Shown here: positions 20,484 to 31,083 of the stretch, piece by piece | Layout of the letters: every line of letters begins with the position of its first letter | Position numbering within the stretch: the first letter of the stretch is position 1 | Source of the DNA: a virus | Taxonomy: Duplodnaviria; Caudoviricetes | Virus record (IMG/VR): IMGVR_UViG_3300001528_000425 | Coordinates: 171,560-235,559 of that record | Length of the DNA stretch: 64,000 nucleotides | Direction: 5' to 3' (one strand) | The notes under the pieces: model-generated | Seen by the model: only the letters and a program-made list of their open reading frames with translations | The model's database searches: none | Told to the model about the DNA's origin: nothing | Made by a program: the position numbers and the translations under genes

Positions 20484-21851
20484 TTATTTAGTCGCAACTT
20501 TTACTACAAGTTCCAGTTGCAATTCAGGGGACAAATCACTGTCTTGATAAAAGTCTTCGTAGACAACTCCCGACAGAAACGCTCTGATACAATCCTTCTT
20601 ATATTGTTCAGTTTCTTCAGTAACATGATCGACAACATTCCTGATCTGCTCATATAAGGTATCCGTATCACCTTGTTTGTCAGATGCCTGTGTGTATAAC
20701 GAAATCAAGGACGTGATCTCTTTCATCGTTGTGAATCCGCTGGCACCGATAGATGTCGTTTTGGGCTTTGGGAATGAAAAACCCATACTACCAGGACCAT
20801 CAAATTCACTGAGCATAGTAGACAGAGATAGAACATTGTACCTGAAATATTTCAATTTCAAAGAACGAAGAGACTTAACGACTTCGTCGAAATACTCTCG
20901 TGCAGTCTCCTTGCCCGTAGTAGAAGGCATGTTCAAAACATACGAACTGTAAGCTATACGCTCCGTATAATAGGCTTTCAGCTCTTGGCTAGTGACCAGA
21001 GACAGTTTCCTGGATTTAATCTCTTCCGACAATCCATTCTCTATCATGGCTTCATATTCATAGAATCCGAACGATCTGTCCATTCCCTTCAGCATATCTC
21101 CAACCTCATCGTGGGAGCGAACGATAGGCTTGCCAGGAGATGCTGCCTTGAATAGTTTCTCTATCAAAGACACCTGCGCGGACATCAGCGACAGTTTGTC
21201 TTTGACGAATGTTCTCAACTGCTTGTGGAACAACGAAACCATAGTCAGTCTGGCATTGAGTCGCGCTCTCTCCTGCGGAGTTATGTTCTTGTAGGTATCG
21301 AACTTAAGCCAGCGTTTGTTGCGATCGACATAATACCTTGTCGACGACCTTAACGCTGGAATCAAATCACAGAAGGAACTGATCACATTACTCAATGATT
21401 CCAGAGTGTAGCCTTTCGACTTATAAGTACCTTCCGTGGATACAAACAGATCATTCGGTATCGATATGTGTAAACTTTCGTTCGCCAGAATTTTGATATC
21501 TTTATCTGAAAGTACACCACGAGATCGTTTGATGAACTCGCTCTTCAGGTCTTGTGCTGACATCTTGATCAGATTATCAAGCTTTGTGGGAGGAAAGTTA
21601 TCATAACAGAAAGCACGAAAGCCGCCTAACCTCCCCTCCATCTCATTCAGTGGAGGGAGTGTGGTTTTCTCTTGTGCTAGCAGCTTGTTGACTGACGACC
21701 GTCTCTCCGGAACATCAGCTTGGCGTAACCTCTGTTTCAATTTTGTGAACAAAGCAAACATATCGGTGAAATCGTCCACCAATCCCTGTAATACATCAAT
21801 TGCAAGATTTTCCATTGCAACTTCAATGTTGTTGTTTACTACAATGCGCAC
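20484..21851 (-). CDS. Putative inner head protein
   Basis: N-terminal AME site; AAGGAG RBS with GTG start; late-like motif upstream. Confidence 0.5.
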   Translation of the reverse strand: MRIVVNNNIEVAMENLAIDVLQGLVDDFTDMFALFTKLKQRLRQADVPERRSSVNKLLAQEKTTLPPLNEMEGRLGGFRAFCYDNFPPTKLDNLIKMSAQDLKSEFIKRSRGVLSDKDIKILANESLHISIPNDLFVSTEGTYKSKGYTLESLSNVISSFCDLIPALRSSTRYYVDRNKRWLKFDTYKNITPQERARLNARLTMVSLFHKQLRTFVKDKLSLMSAQVSLIEKLFKAASPGKPIVRSHDEVGDMLKGMDRSFGFYEYEAMIENGLSEEIKSRKLSLVTSQELKAYYTERIAYSSYVLNMPSTTGKETAREYFDEVVKSLRSLKLKYFRYNVLSLSTMLSEFDGPGSMGFSFPKPKTTSIGASGFTTMKEITSLISLYTQASDKQGDTDTLYEQIRNVVDHVTEETEQYKKDCIRAFLSGVVYEDFYQDSDLSPELQLELVVKVATK

Positions 21852-21932
21852 TGTAATTTACTCCTTAATAATGTTTAATGGTAAGTATAAGATGATGAGG
21901 GGGTCATCCCCTCATCATCCTACCATTTCAGC

Positions 21933-22942
21933 TTAAGCGTGATACACATGGAACTCGGGAGGAATAGTGAAACTTTCATCAGGACCAGGTCTCCAAGCCA
22001 AGTCCCAAGGATTGGCTGTTCCATCCGGATCATCCGCCTGGTAACAGGCATTTCGTTGCCACGATAGGTACCACTTCTTAATGGATGGATACCACCTTAC
22101 TTGATGCCCTCCGTTACTGACATCTCTCCAGCAACGGTTGGAACCAATGACAGTTGCATCATCGAGCATGAACAGTCTTCCAGTACCACTATCCGTGTTA
22201 TTCCAATTCCAGTTGGTACCTCTTATTCGTATATGTGGAATCATGATAGAATCCTGCACGTTCATCCAAGATCCGCTGAACACATCTGCAGCACGTGCTA
22301 ACGCTGTACCAAGACCACTCGATCCTTGAGATAACCAAGACTCCGTCACGCCAACATTACGAACATAAGGAGCTGCTGATACAGGAACTCCTTTCGCTGG
22401 TACGAAGTATACACTGTAATTCGTACATCCTGTTGTAGATCCGCTATCAGGGGCTATCTCCATGTACGTATGACTCCCAGGGTTGATGGGTGTGATAGAG
22501 GACTGCCAGGTATCTCCATCCGGTAACGCGTCTCCTACGAATACCATACGATTGGCTACATAACCAGGTCTCACCCATGTAGCTTGTGTCTTATTCGCAC
22601 AATCGTACAAGGTAACGTTTTCGTTGTAACGATGGAACAGATGCCCGGGATGACCAGCTACAAATTGAACGACGTCACAGTCGTTATTTCTTTTAACTTG
22701 CTGTACCCAGATATATCCAGGAGCACGAATGTGCCAGATATGTCCATGTCTGGTATTAGCCAACTGTAGCATGAAGGTGGTTCTCGTGAAATCCGGTAGA
22801 GAAGCTGTACCGATTTCATTGAGAGCTTCTCCTTTGGTGTAATAACGATCGTCGTGATTGTGAACGATGTTGGCAAAGGTTTTATTTAACCACGCCTTGA
22901 AATCATCGGCGATGGAATGATCCTGTGAGGGAAGTTAGCCAT
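21933..22942 (-). pseudogene. Tail-fibre-like paralog (MANFP..HNHDDRY family) split by a 1-nt frameshift near 22915
   Basis: AAGGAG + ATG 22942 gives MANFPHRII; the -1 frame continues IADDFKAWLNKTFANIVHNHDDRYY into ORF 21933-22772 and aligns with the intact paralogs at 44750 and 46207. Confidence 0.75.
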
Positions 22943-23344
22943 GGTTGTGAACTCCTTGGTTGGTAAAATGGAATTGACTATTTCTATGTAGAAATAGTCA
23001 CAACTATTAAATTTCACACACCACCGAAGCTGATCGTCAATGCGATCATGCTATACAGGACATATAACGACAAAAAATAAAGAACCAGTTACTAGGAGGA
23101 GCATCAAGCTCCTCCTAGTAACTGCATGTTAGTTGATCGGTATTCACCCTTGGAAGATCTCCAGATCATCATCTGTAACATGACAACAGCTACAGAACTC
23201 TTGCCCTTTTGGAGAAGTAGTATTGTTCTGTTTGGTGATTATCTGTACATGTGGTGATATGGTACTCATAACAATTTCCATGTATCCTTATCTTCTCCGT
23301 GAGTCAGAAGTTTCTTAACCAACTCATTCATAGTAGATATCTCC

Positions 23345-23551
23345 TCATCCAAAGATAGTCTTCAGAAGCATATAGCATCCGATGACACATAGAACGATGA
23401 TAGCCAAACAGCCGAATCCCAGACAGCCGAGGCATCCGAATCCGAGATACTCATCGGTGTGATCTGGTTTCGGTGGGTAGTTGTGGATCTCGTAGACGAC
23501 TTGACCATTCTCTTTGGTCACCTTGGTAACTTTCGGATGTCGTTTCAACAT
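23345..23551 (-). CDS. Small membrane protein
   Basis: AGGAG RBS; hydrophobic Cys-rich C-terminus (LGFGCLGCLGFGCL). Confidence 0.65.
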   Translation of the reverse strand: MLKRHPKVTKVTKENGQVVYEIHNYPPKPDHTDEYLGFGCLGCLGFGCLAIIVLCVIGCYMLLKTIFG

Positions 23552-23664
23552 AGCAATCTCCTTTCTATATACATCTATGAGATGTAGTTAACGTGTAAAA
23601 ATTAAAGACATGGTAAGGGATGGAAGGCAATCCTTCCATCCCTTACCACCTATCGTGTGATCGG

Positions 23665-23865
23665 TCAGATGTTCAAGTCGACCGTTCCGGTGACGCCGGT
23701 ATCAACCATCTTGATATTCACGCGTTCTCCTTCATAGAAGACTTCCTTCTCCATGCCTGTCACATAGACATGTACGGGTAACGTCTTGTCCTGGATATCC
23801 GTGAGAACATCGATCAGATCTTGTACTGACATCGGTTGCACTTCTTTGTGGTTGTCCATACCCAC
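23665..23865 (-). CDS. Hypothetical protein
   Basis: GAGGT RBS; co-oriented after the helicase. Confidence 0.6.
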   Translation of the reverse strand: MGMDNHKEVQPMSVQDLIDVLTDIQDKTLPVHVYVTGMEKEVFYEGERVNIKMVDTGVTGTVDLNI

Positions 23866-23877
23866 ACCTCATCTTTC

Positions 23878-25362
23878 TCAAATGTAGTTAATAACATGCT
23901 CGTGATAATCACGAGCCTTTCGTTTCAAGATCTCACGTCGCTCATAGACGTGTCTCTGATGGGATTCGAGATTGAGATCATACTGATCTACATAGATCAG
24001 ACTCTCTCCTGGATTCAATTCTCGTAGACGACCTAACCACTGTTCAATTTGCGTTGGAGCTTTGGTTGAAATCGTGTTGTAAGCTGTCTTCAGATTCTTG
24101 ATATCCAGACCAGTTCCACCCTTCTGAGGAACCGTGATGATGATGTCAACACCATCCGCTAAGTTGCTCTCAGGGCTACCACCCACGTACTCCTTAATTA
24201 CGAGTGATGGGTAGTATTTTTCAAGCTCCTGCTTGAGTTTTTGGAGCATTTGGATCGTTGATACGAATATGAGCAATTTCTGATTCTTCTTACGAACGTT
24301 GATGTAATGACTGTCGATTCTTGGTTTGATCACCATTTCGACATATCGTTGGAACTTCCGTTCTGTCTTCATCAGTTGCGCTTCGTATCGAGCATGCATG
24401 TAACCACGATTAGTGACCACTTTACGTTCCAAGACCTCTCCATGGTAACCGTACATGAATACAGTGACATACTGCTTATAACGATCCTCTCCGAACCTCA
24501 TAGAGGTTGGATAGATGATATCGAAGATCCTTCTGCATTCTGCTCCTGATTGGGTAAAGGTAGCAGTTAGATAGATGTTGTTGGGAACGTTCGTGTAGAG
24601 ATCCATCATGGTTGTTGCATGGAAGTCACGGTGTACTTCATCGTACACTTTCGTTCCGATACCATAATGCTTGAAGAACTCCTTGAAATCCATAGGGAGT
24701 TCAGCATAGTTACCTTTCGCCCCCATGAAGAGTCTCATCGTAGCCAGAGAGGCAACGAATACGGAAGGCTTCCAATCGCTTCCCATTAACATCTCTAAAC
24801 TACGATGTTCTTTCAGAACATAAACCTCATCCTCAGCATTCGTCTGTTCTCGAATGGACTTGACCCATTGCTCCACCAGACCTGCTACTACGATGATAGC
24901 GGCATGTTTCAAGTTAGCGATAGCTTTGGTAGCACTGTAGGTTTTCCCAGCACCCGGTTGTAAACTCAATCCACGTCTTGGAGTAGACGGATCGGACAAA
25001 TATCTGATCGCATCAACTTGATGAGGTCTGTCTGTAAATTTCGGATTCATTTTGAGATTGATACTTCGAATCGGATAATCCGGTAATTTTCTCTGTTCGG
25101 TATCGATACCCAACTCGTGAAGCCGCTCTGAGAAGATATTGAGAAATCCGATCGGTATCCTCAAGGAACTCGTCTCGTAATCGTAATAACAGAATTTGCG
25201 AACTTCGAAGATCCTTCTTCTACGTGGGTCCCACGTATGTTCTGTCAAGGATCTCCTCACCAGATCCCCGATGTAATGACCCTTCGGATGATCTGGTGGA
25301 ATGACGATGGCTGCATGGGTGTAGCCAACGTATACAGGAATCGTTGCGGCCATAGCAGCCAC
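23878..25362 (-). CDS. Superfamily 2 helicase (phiKZ gp75-like)
   Basis: Q-motif RPHQ, Walker A PGAGKT, DEVH, TAT, GTGLDI, QWLGRLR. Confidence 0.9.
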   Translation of the reverse strand: MAAMAATIPVYVGYTHAAIVIPPDHPKGHYIGDLVRRSLTEHTWDPRRRRIFEVRKFCYYDYETSSLRIPIGFLNIFSERLHELGIDTEQRKLPDYPIRSINLKMNPKFTDRPHQVDAIRYLSDPSTPRRGLSLQPGAGKTYSATKAIANLKHAAIIVVAGLVEQWVKSIREQTNAEDEVYVLKEHRSLEMLMGSDWKPSVFVASLATMRLFMGAKGNYAELPMDFKEFFKHYGIGTKVYDEVHRDFHATTMMDLYTNVPNNIYLTATFTQSGAECRRIFDIIYPTSMRFGEDRYKQYVTVFMYGYHGEVLERKVVTNRGYMHARYEAQLMKTERKFQRYVEMVIKPRIDSHYINVRKKNQKLLIFVSTIQMLQKLKQELEKYYPSLVIKEYVGGSPESNLADGVDIIITVPQKGGTGLDIKNLKTAYNTISTKAPTQIEQWLGRLRELNPGESLIYVDQYDLNLESHQRHVYERREILKRKARDYHEHVINYI

Positions 25363-25378
25363 CTCTCTTGGTTAGTTG

Positions 25379-25612
25379 TTAATCGATCGTGTACGGTATA
25401 TCCACGCCGCTAACAGCAGCAGCATGGGTATCTAACGTACGTTTGAGCGTGTGCTCGGTGTCACTCAATGGCGTCACTCGTTTCCAGATTTCAGTCGTTC
25501 CACCGTTATGATGATCCGGCTCATATCCGACGACCATGTATTGCACGTTACCACACGTCCGCGTGGTTCCTAATGGAAGACAACGGACATCACTTCGTAA
25601 GGGAGCTTTCAT
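25379..25612 (-). CDS. Hypothetical protein
   Basis: GAGG RBS; co-oriented. Confidence 0.55.
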   Translation of the reverse strand: MKAPLRSDVRCLPLGTTRTCGNVQYMVVGYEPDHHNGGTTEIWKRVTPLSDTEHTLKRTLDTHAAAVSGVDIPYTID

Positions 25613-25639
25613 GCAACCTGTTCCTCACTCAATTGATCG

Positions 25640-26257
25640 TCAAATGAATTCCATATAGTCGTCGATGATCTCGACCTCACCCTCGTAGCGATTGATATTC
25701 ACTACAGCCATGGGCATGTCGATCATGAACGCCATGAGTTGTTCGGGAGCTATCGCTACAACCCCATTTTCATCCGGATTCCATTCAGCCAACTTGGGTA
25801 TTGCTTCAATGAGTAAAGTCCGGTATGGAGTGATGGTAGTCGGTACTCCGTCCTCGTATTCTTGACGTCCTTCAGTCTCACCATCGAGACTGGCGGCCTT
25901 GACCGTAATGAAAATCGTGCCTCGTTCTCTGTCCTTGAGCTCTCGGTAAACGTCCCGTACTAAGCAAGGATTCACTTTTCCTTTAGCGTGTATCATGTAA
26001 GCTTCGATGAACTCCTTTTCGGACAAATTCAGATTCGACTTGGAGAATTCGACTATCTGAACTATCATGGATTCTTCAGGCCAATGCTTCGCGTACACGT
26101 CATAGTCCTTGATATCAGGAGTCTCTTCATCCGGATACTTGGCTTTGAAGAACTCGTAGAATCGAGGCCAGTGATTCGGAGGAGCTCCGTCCTTTACAGC
26201 ACGTTTGATCGCCTGCATGGATGGAGTATTGTCCAATATCTTGAGGTAGTTACTCAT
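25640..26257 (-). CDS. Hypothetical protein
   Basis: GAGG RBS; 205-aa ORF. Confidence 0.7.
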   Translation of the reverse strand: MSNYLKILDNTPSMQAIKRAVKDGAPPNHWPRFYEFFKAKYPDEETPDIKDYDVYAKHWPEESMIVQIVEFSKSNLNLSEKEFIEAYMIHAKGKVNPCLVRDVYRELKDRERGTIFITVKAASLDGETEGRQEYEDGVPTTITPYRTLLIEAIPKLAEWNPDENGVVAIAPEQLMAFMIDMPMAVVNINRYEGEVEIIDDYMEFI

Positions 26258-26321
26258 GTTACATTTCCTCTTCTGATAATGTGGTCCTAGGGGCTCGAGC
26301 CCCTAGGACCATGGTTTCGGG

Positions 26322-28310
26322 TTAGAACCCGAAGTAGCGATCGTTCATTCCTTCACGCATGTCGACCAAAGTTGCCTTTGGATCGGAGAACAAGCCGTCC
26401 ATCCGTTCGAAACTCAACTTAGTAGAGAGCGCTGCTTCATTGATCACCGAAGCCATACCCGCGAAGGATACAGACTGATGAGCATCTTCGATCACAGGAA
26501 TACTGTAGTCGATCGAGCTCTTGATCATAAAAGCTCTAAGCAACATCTCTACATAGAATATTTCGATATCCGTCTTGTTGTACAGGATCTGCGTAAAATC
26601 CTTCAACAGTAACGGAATGGAGTGATAGTCGGCGATCTGCGTCGACAAGAAGTTTTCGATCCTTGTCACGAACGAGACCATGTCGTCGTTCATCACCGTG
26701 TACTTCATGAACGGTTTGTGGAGGTCGAACTCTGCCAACGGTACAGTGACCGTATCGGAAGTGATCTCCAACTGCTTCCAGTACTTCTTCATGTGCATCA
26801 GCGCATACGAAGAGAGATACGGAATAGCCGCTCCATCTTCCATCGGGACTCGTTCCACGAATTTACCATCCATGAGGATATCGAAGAACCGAATCTTGGT
26901 GAAAGACTCCGTGACAGGGAGATTCTTCTGAGTCAAGTCGGTAAGCGTACCGATCGCATCCAGAGGAATCCTGATCTGCATACGGGATAGTTTGTCTGCA
27001 AGAGCCACGTTCCAGATGATACCGTCGTTATGTTTCAGCAGATACTTGAGAGCCGGTACAGGAATATTGTATTCCTTCGACAGCGTGCGAATCAGATGCT
27101 TCGCACTCAAGATCAACTGAGTGATGGCGGCAACCACCTTGGTGGCAGAGAAGACACCGATATGGATGCCCGGTGGGATGAACTTGGATAGATGTCCATA
27201 CATGAACCCAGCACAATGTTCACATACTCCGTCGGTATGTCGACATCCGAACGGACTGAACATCTGTACTGGCTGTGCAACATATTTTCGAATGTTCTCT
27301 CTGGTAAGGATCACCTTGTTCCCGTCGATGCGGATGATCTTCCCAAGATAGTTCTTCATAGAACGCTCAGGGATCGTTACATCCATGAGGACATCAGACC
27401 CACACCATCCAGGATACACCCTCGGTAACTGTGATCCAACCAATCGGCATTTTCGTGCGAAGTACTGGGCACGTTCGATAACTTCAGAGTTAAAGAACGC
27501 ACTCTTCTTCGCACTCAACGCCTCGATAGCGTAATCCTCCACACCGTCAAGTCCTGACATAGCAGAAGACTGAATCACGTGCTGCATCATGATGTCAGTG
27601 ATATCGGAACGACAGCCGTACTGCAAGAACATCTGCGGAAGCTGGTTGCGCTTCAACAGTTTGGTGCTCATGTACGGACGCATCCAGTTGTTTACCAACG
27701 GACCGTCTTTCTCCGCTAACAAGACATGCAGCTGATGATTTAGCTGATCAATCTTCTTCTCAGCGAATGCGGTTCCAAGCTTACCGTCCACCGTACCTGC
27801 TGTGAGATCCTTCAGAGGTTTCTGGGTGAACAACTCAGCGATACTGATTGCATCCATAGTACCTTGATAAGGTCTCAGATACCTATGGATGAAGTTCGCT
27901 AGATAACATTTACCCAAGAAAACCTGCTGAAGGACTTCCAGATAGAACGTATCTTGCTGTTCTCGGAGTTTCAGATCGTTGACATCGTGGATCTTTTCAT
28001 TTTCTCCGGCATAGTGCTTAAGCACCAATTCTTTGAAAATGACACCGAAGCATTTGCCATCGGTTTCATCACTGAACGATGGAATCACGAAGACTCGTTC
28101 TTTGGTGATCGGTTCTTTGAAATACGCATAGACCCTCCAGAATATGGCATTCATGATGATCTTTCTGACAGGAGCGATATACTCGTACTTGTCATTCAGA
28201 ACTACCATGCCGTAGCCGTTATCCTTGTGGTCTTTCATCAGCTGTTCACAGAACTTCGGATCGAGGATCTGTTTCAGCTTGAACGTTTGTGTGACTTTTA
28301 CATCCGCCAT
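26322..28310 (-). CDS. Non-virion RNAP beta' C-terminal subunit (phiKZ gp74-like)
   Basis: YFARKCRL (bridge-helix region), CGS, zinc site CRHTDGVCEHCAG, TQLILSAKH; follows the beta subunit. Confidence 0.85.
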   Translation of the reverse strand: MADVKVTQTFKLKQILDPKFCEQLMKDHKDNGYGMVVLNDKYEYIAPVRKIIMNAIFWRVYAYFKEPITKERVFVIPSFSDETDGKCFGVIFKELVLKHYAGENEKIHDVNDLKLREQQDTFYLEVLQQVFLGKCYLANFIHRYLRPYQGTMDAISIAELFTQKPLKDLTAGTVDGKLGTAFAEKKIDQLNHQLHVLLAEKDGPLVNNWMRPYMSTKLLKRNQLPQMFLQYGCRSDITDIMMQHVIQSSAMSGLDGVEDYAIEALSAKKSAFFNSEVIERAQYFARKCRLVGSQLPRVYPGWCGSDVLMDVTIPERSMKNYLGKIIRIDGNKVILTRENIRKYVAQPVQMFSPFGCRHTDGVCEHCAGFMYGHLSKFIPPGIHIGVFSATKVVAAITQLILSAKHLIRTLSKEYNIPVPALKYLLKHNDGIIWNVALADKLSRMQIRIPLDAIGTLTDLTQKNLPVTESFTKIRFFDILMDGKFVERVPMEDGAAIPYLSSYALMHMKKYWKQLEITSDTVTVPLAEFDLHKPFMKYTVMNDDMVSFVTRIENFLSTQIADYHSIPLLLKDFTQILYNKTDIEIFYVEMLLRAFMIKSSIDYSIPVIEDAHQSVSFAGMASVINEAALSTKLSFERMDGLFSDPKATLVDMREGMNDRYFGF

Positions 28311-29224
28311 TACTTCACCACCACTTCTGCACTGTTCCCTTCAACTTGACGAACTTTGTCAGCTTCCGGTCTGGTATCATACCCGATCGGAGCCATCATG
28401 TGCGTAAAGATGGAGATGTTGTTGCTGGTTTTAATGATGTGATCAGTCTCCATGGGATAATGAGTCACTTGCGTAGGATGTGGGTCGGTGAGAGCAGTTC
28501 TTTCCATCAACTTAACTGCTGATGGAGAGTTGCCGTTCACGCCCATCAATCTCACGATCGTGTAAGCTCCCATGGACATCGTCGACATACAGATCTCATC
28601 TTCACCCAGTCTCTGACAGGTCTGTCCGACTGGAGATTGAGATTTGATGTATTTGCTTGTCGGTTTCATCGGAGTCTCGAACTGATTCCCATAACTGATC
28701 TCCACACAATGCAGCATGGAGGTCGGGATCTTCCCGAGTAACATGAGATGTTTGTCCCCGATGATAGTCTCAGACAGAGTCCTGACTGTTGTCATGGTTC
28801 CATCCTCTTCCCGGACCGTATACGTTAAGGGAGATTTCTTCAATCCATACTTGTCCTTCATGTACAAGATCCACTCTGGTGTGATGTTCTCCATGAACCC
28901 GATCGCAAGCATGATCCCGTCGCGTCGAACCGTTTCCACGAACTCTTCCTTACGGTTGATGGTCGTTTTCTCGTATTCTTCACGAAGTACGGGTCGAACA
29001 TCTTCAATGTATCCCATGATGTATTCATAGGCTTTGTTGATGTCCTTCATCTCGCGTACCGTCTTCTGGACACATCGACTGAGAGCATTCAGGTCTTGTT
29101 CATAGAACTGACCAGGATTCATACGGTTGATCACAGATGCTGTAGTGATACAGAAATCCGCGATAGTCCCATCGTCCGTGCGAGGCATGTATTTCTTCTC
29201 ACGGATATCTGATACGACACCTTT
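28310..29224 (-). CDS. Non-virion RNAP beta C-terminal subunit, exon 2 (gp73-like)
   Basis: Begins KGVVSDI directly after the intron terminal G; SVINRMNPGQ, QRLGEDE. Confidence 0.85.
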   Translation of the reverse strand, partial: KGVVSDIREKKYMPRTDDGTIADFCITTASVINRMNPGQFYEQDLNALSRCVQKTVREMKDINKAYEYIMGYIEDVRPVLREEYEKTTINRKEEFVETVRRDGIMLAIGFMENITPEWILYMKDKYGLKKSPLTYTVREEDGTMTTVRTLSETIIGDKHLMLLGKIPTSMLHCVEISYGNQFETPMKPTSKYIKSQSPVGQTCQRLGEDEICMSTMSMGAYTIVRLMGVNGNSPSAVKLMERTALTDPHPTQVTHYPMETDHIIKTSNNISIFTHMMAPIGYDTRPEADKVRQVEGNSAEVVVK

Positions 29225-31083
29225 CGTTATGTTCAAGAGAACGCGCTACTGTCCTCCCCGCGGCATGACCCGCTCCGCTGCAAGCTTTCCTTGCAGACCA
29301 GACTATATCTCCACCTTCACCATTACGTGGTCAGGTGCACTTCTATTTCCTCGCCGCTTGGCAAGTACAGGGTGGATCAGTCCCTTAGTCGTTGAACTCA
29401 CCTCATGTCGATATACAGGATATATCGATTTAGAGGGCAGCTGCGGATTACCCATTACAGCGATCGCGTCTAGAAAATCCCATCTAGTCGATCATCTCGA
29501 TTTCTTTTACCATACCCAGGTTAATTACTCCTGGCCCCACAGTAATCACGTTTCCGGCTGTGGTTGGTGTATCGAGCTTTAGTGGCTTCCCGTCAATTAA
29601 GAAGTGAATAGTTAAGCATTTCTGCTTAACCAGCCATCAAATCTTTGAGATAGTAAATGGATCTGAAGGTTTACTGTATCGTAACGCTCGTTTGATAAAT
29701 TTCCTATCAACACCCAGCGCTTTCGCAGCTTCCCTCAGCGAATGAAACGTGCGTTCTTCTCCAGTTGCTTTATCAACAACCTTCATCTGAACGTTCTTGA
29801 ACTTGTTTTGTAAAACAGTGGTTGGCCATGCATGAGATGACTTGAACCTAACCCGGAACCGCCCGATCATCTTCTTTCCACCAGTCTTCGCTGCTAAGAT
29901 CAAACTACAGCGAGAGATGCCAACATAAGCTGCAGCTTCTCTCTGGTTGTGAAACGACCGAACATCTCCGGTGTCAGTATCTAGAACTTGTATCACCTTA
30001 GGAACACACTGATCCGTATAGGTAGCAGTATATCCAGGATAACGCGCTTCGAACTCTTCGATCGTCTCCCGTACCGACTTGCAGATATTCCACAAACCGA
30101 AATACTTGACGAACGTTCGAACCCCGTTGAACACAAGTTCCTTACCATCTGGATCAACGACTGTGATGATGTACCTAGATGGTTCCACGTTCACAGTCGG
30201 TCGATCATAGACCCAAGGTCTAGTGTCACCTTCCACCCGTACTTCCCACTCTTCGTTGTACAATCGATTCCCTCTCCAGCTAGCCAATGTAGCAGCTTCA
30301 CGAGAACCTAACCCAAGATATGCTCTTGCTTGTGAGATACTGGGAAATTCTTTGATCTCTCCAGTTTTCGCACTTCTCAAGAAACACTTCGTGGTTGGAC
30401 GAAGGTTGTGGTTGATCGCATGGAGGTTGTTACCTCTGATCGTTGTCCATTCCAGATTACTTGCATGATTGTTAAACTTATTACCATCGAGATGGTTCAC
30501 GATAGTGTAGAAGCCTAACCTTGGGTTATGTACCCAAGCCATGGCAACGAGGATGTGTATCGCTTTACCAATTCGTTTCTGGATGATCGTGTCCATGACG
30601 AATACTTGACGGTATTGCCCACGCAAACCTACACTGAGATGTGCTCCAGTCTTCACATCGATCACGTCTCCATCTATGGAAACCGCAACCGAAGGATACT
30701 CTGGTACGATCCTGTACGTTTCGTCATACATGATCGGTGTCCTGAATTCCACAACATAAGGGAACTCCGGTCTCCGACTGTCCATCCTGCTGTGGAAGAA
30801 GACGTCATCCGGAACAACCGGTACGTATTCTCCCAACCCTAATCTGGAGATTAGGAACAACCATCGCCTGGATCGTTGTTGTGTTTTACAATACATTTCA
30901 ATTGAGACAAGATCTCCTGCCGTTGGCAGATTCACTTCTCTCTTGTTTTCATCAACAATCTTCAAACGGTTATTGATGAAAAGCTTTTCATTCGTTCCTG
31001 GTATCACGTAGTACATAGATTCCTCCGTTTTCAGATTCTATATAATAGTGTACCATCTTCCTTTTTACTTACCTCAAAACGAT
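29225..31083 (-). mobile_element. Group I intron in nvRNAP beta, carrying an HNH ORF
   Basis: Core P AATTGACGGGAA, Q AATCCGCAGC, R GTTCAACGACTA and S GATATAGTC within 29225-29640; splits GRDGx/KGVV; 5' boundary uncertain by about 2 nt. Confidence 0.9.
29637..31016 (-). CDS. Intron-encoded HNH homing endonuclease with NUMOD1-like repeats
   Basis: IHILVAMAW..VNHLDGNKFNNHASNLEW; repeated TGE..F.S..EAA motifs. Confidence 0.9.
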   Translation of the reverse strand: MYYVIPGTNEKLFINNRLKIVDENKREVNLPTAGDLVSIEMYCKTQQRSRRWLFLISRLGLGEYVPVVPDDVFFHSRMDSRRPEFPYVVEFRTPIMYDETYRIVPEYPSVAVSIDGDVIDVKTGAHLSVGLRGQYRQVFVMDTIIQKRIGKAIHILVAMAWVHNPRLGFYTIVNHLDGNKFNNHASNLEWTTIRGNNLHAINHNLRPTTKCFLRSAKTGEIKEFPSISQARAYLGLGSREAATLASWRGNRLYNEEWEVRVEGDTRPWVYDRPTVNVEPSRYIITVVDPDGKELVFNGVRTFVKYFGLWNICKSVRETIEEFEARYPGYTATYTDQCVPKVIQVLDTDTGDVRSFHNQREAAAYVGISRCSLILAAKTGGKKMIGRFRVRFKSSHAWPTTVLQNKFKNVQMKVVDKATGEERTFHSLREAAKALGVDRKFIKRALRYSKPSDPFTISKI

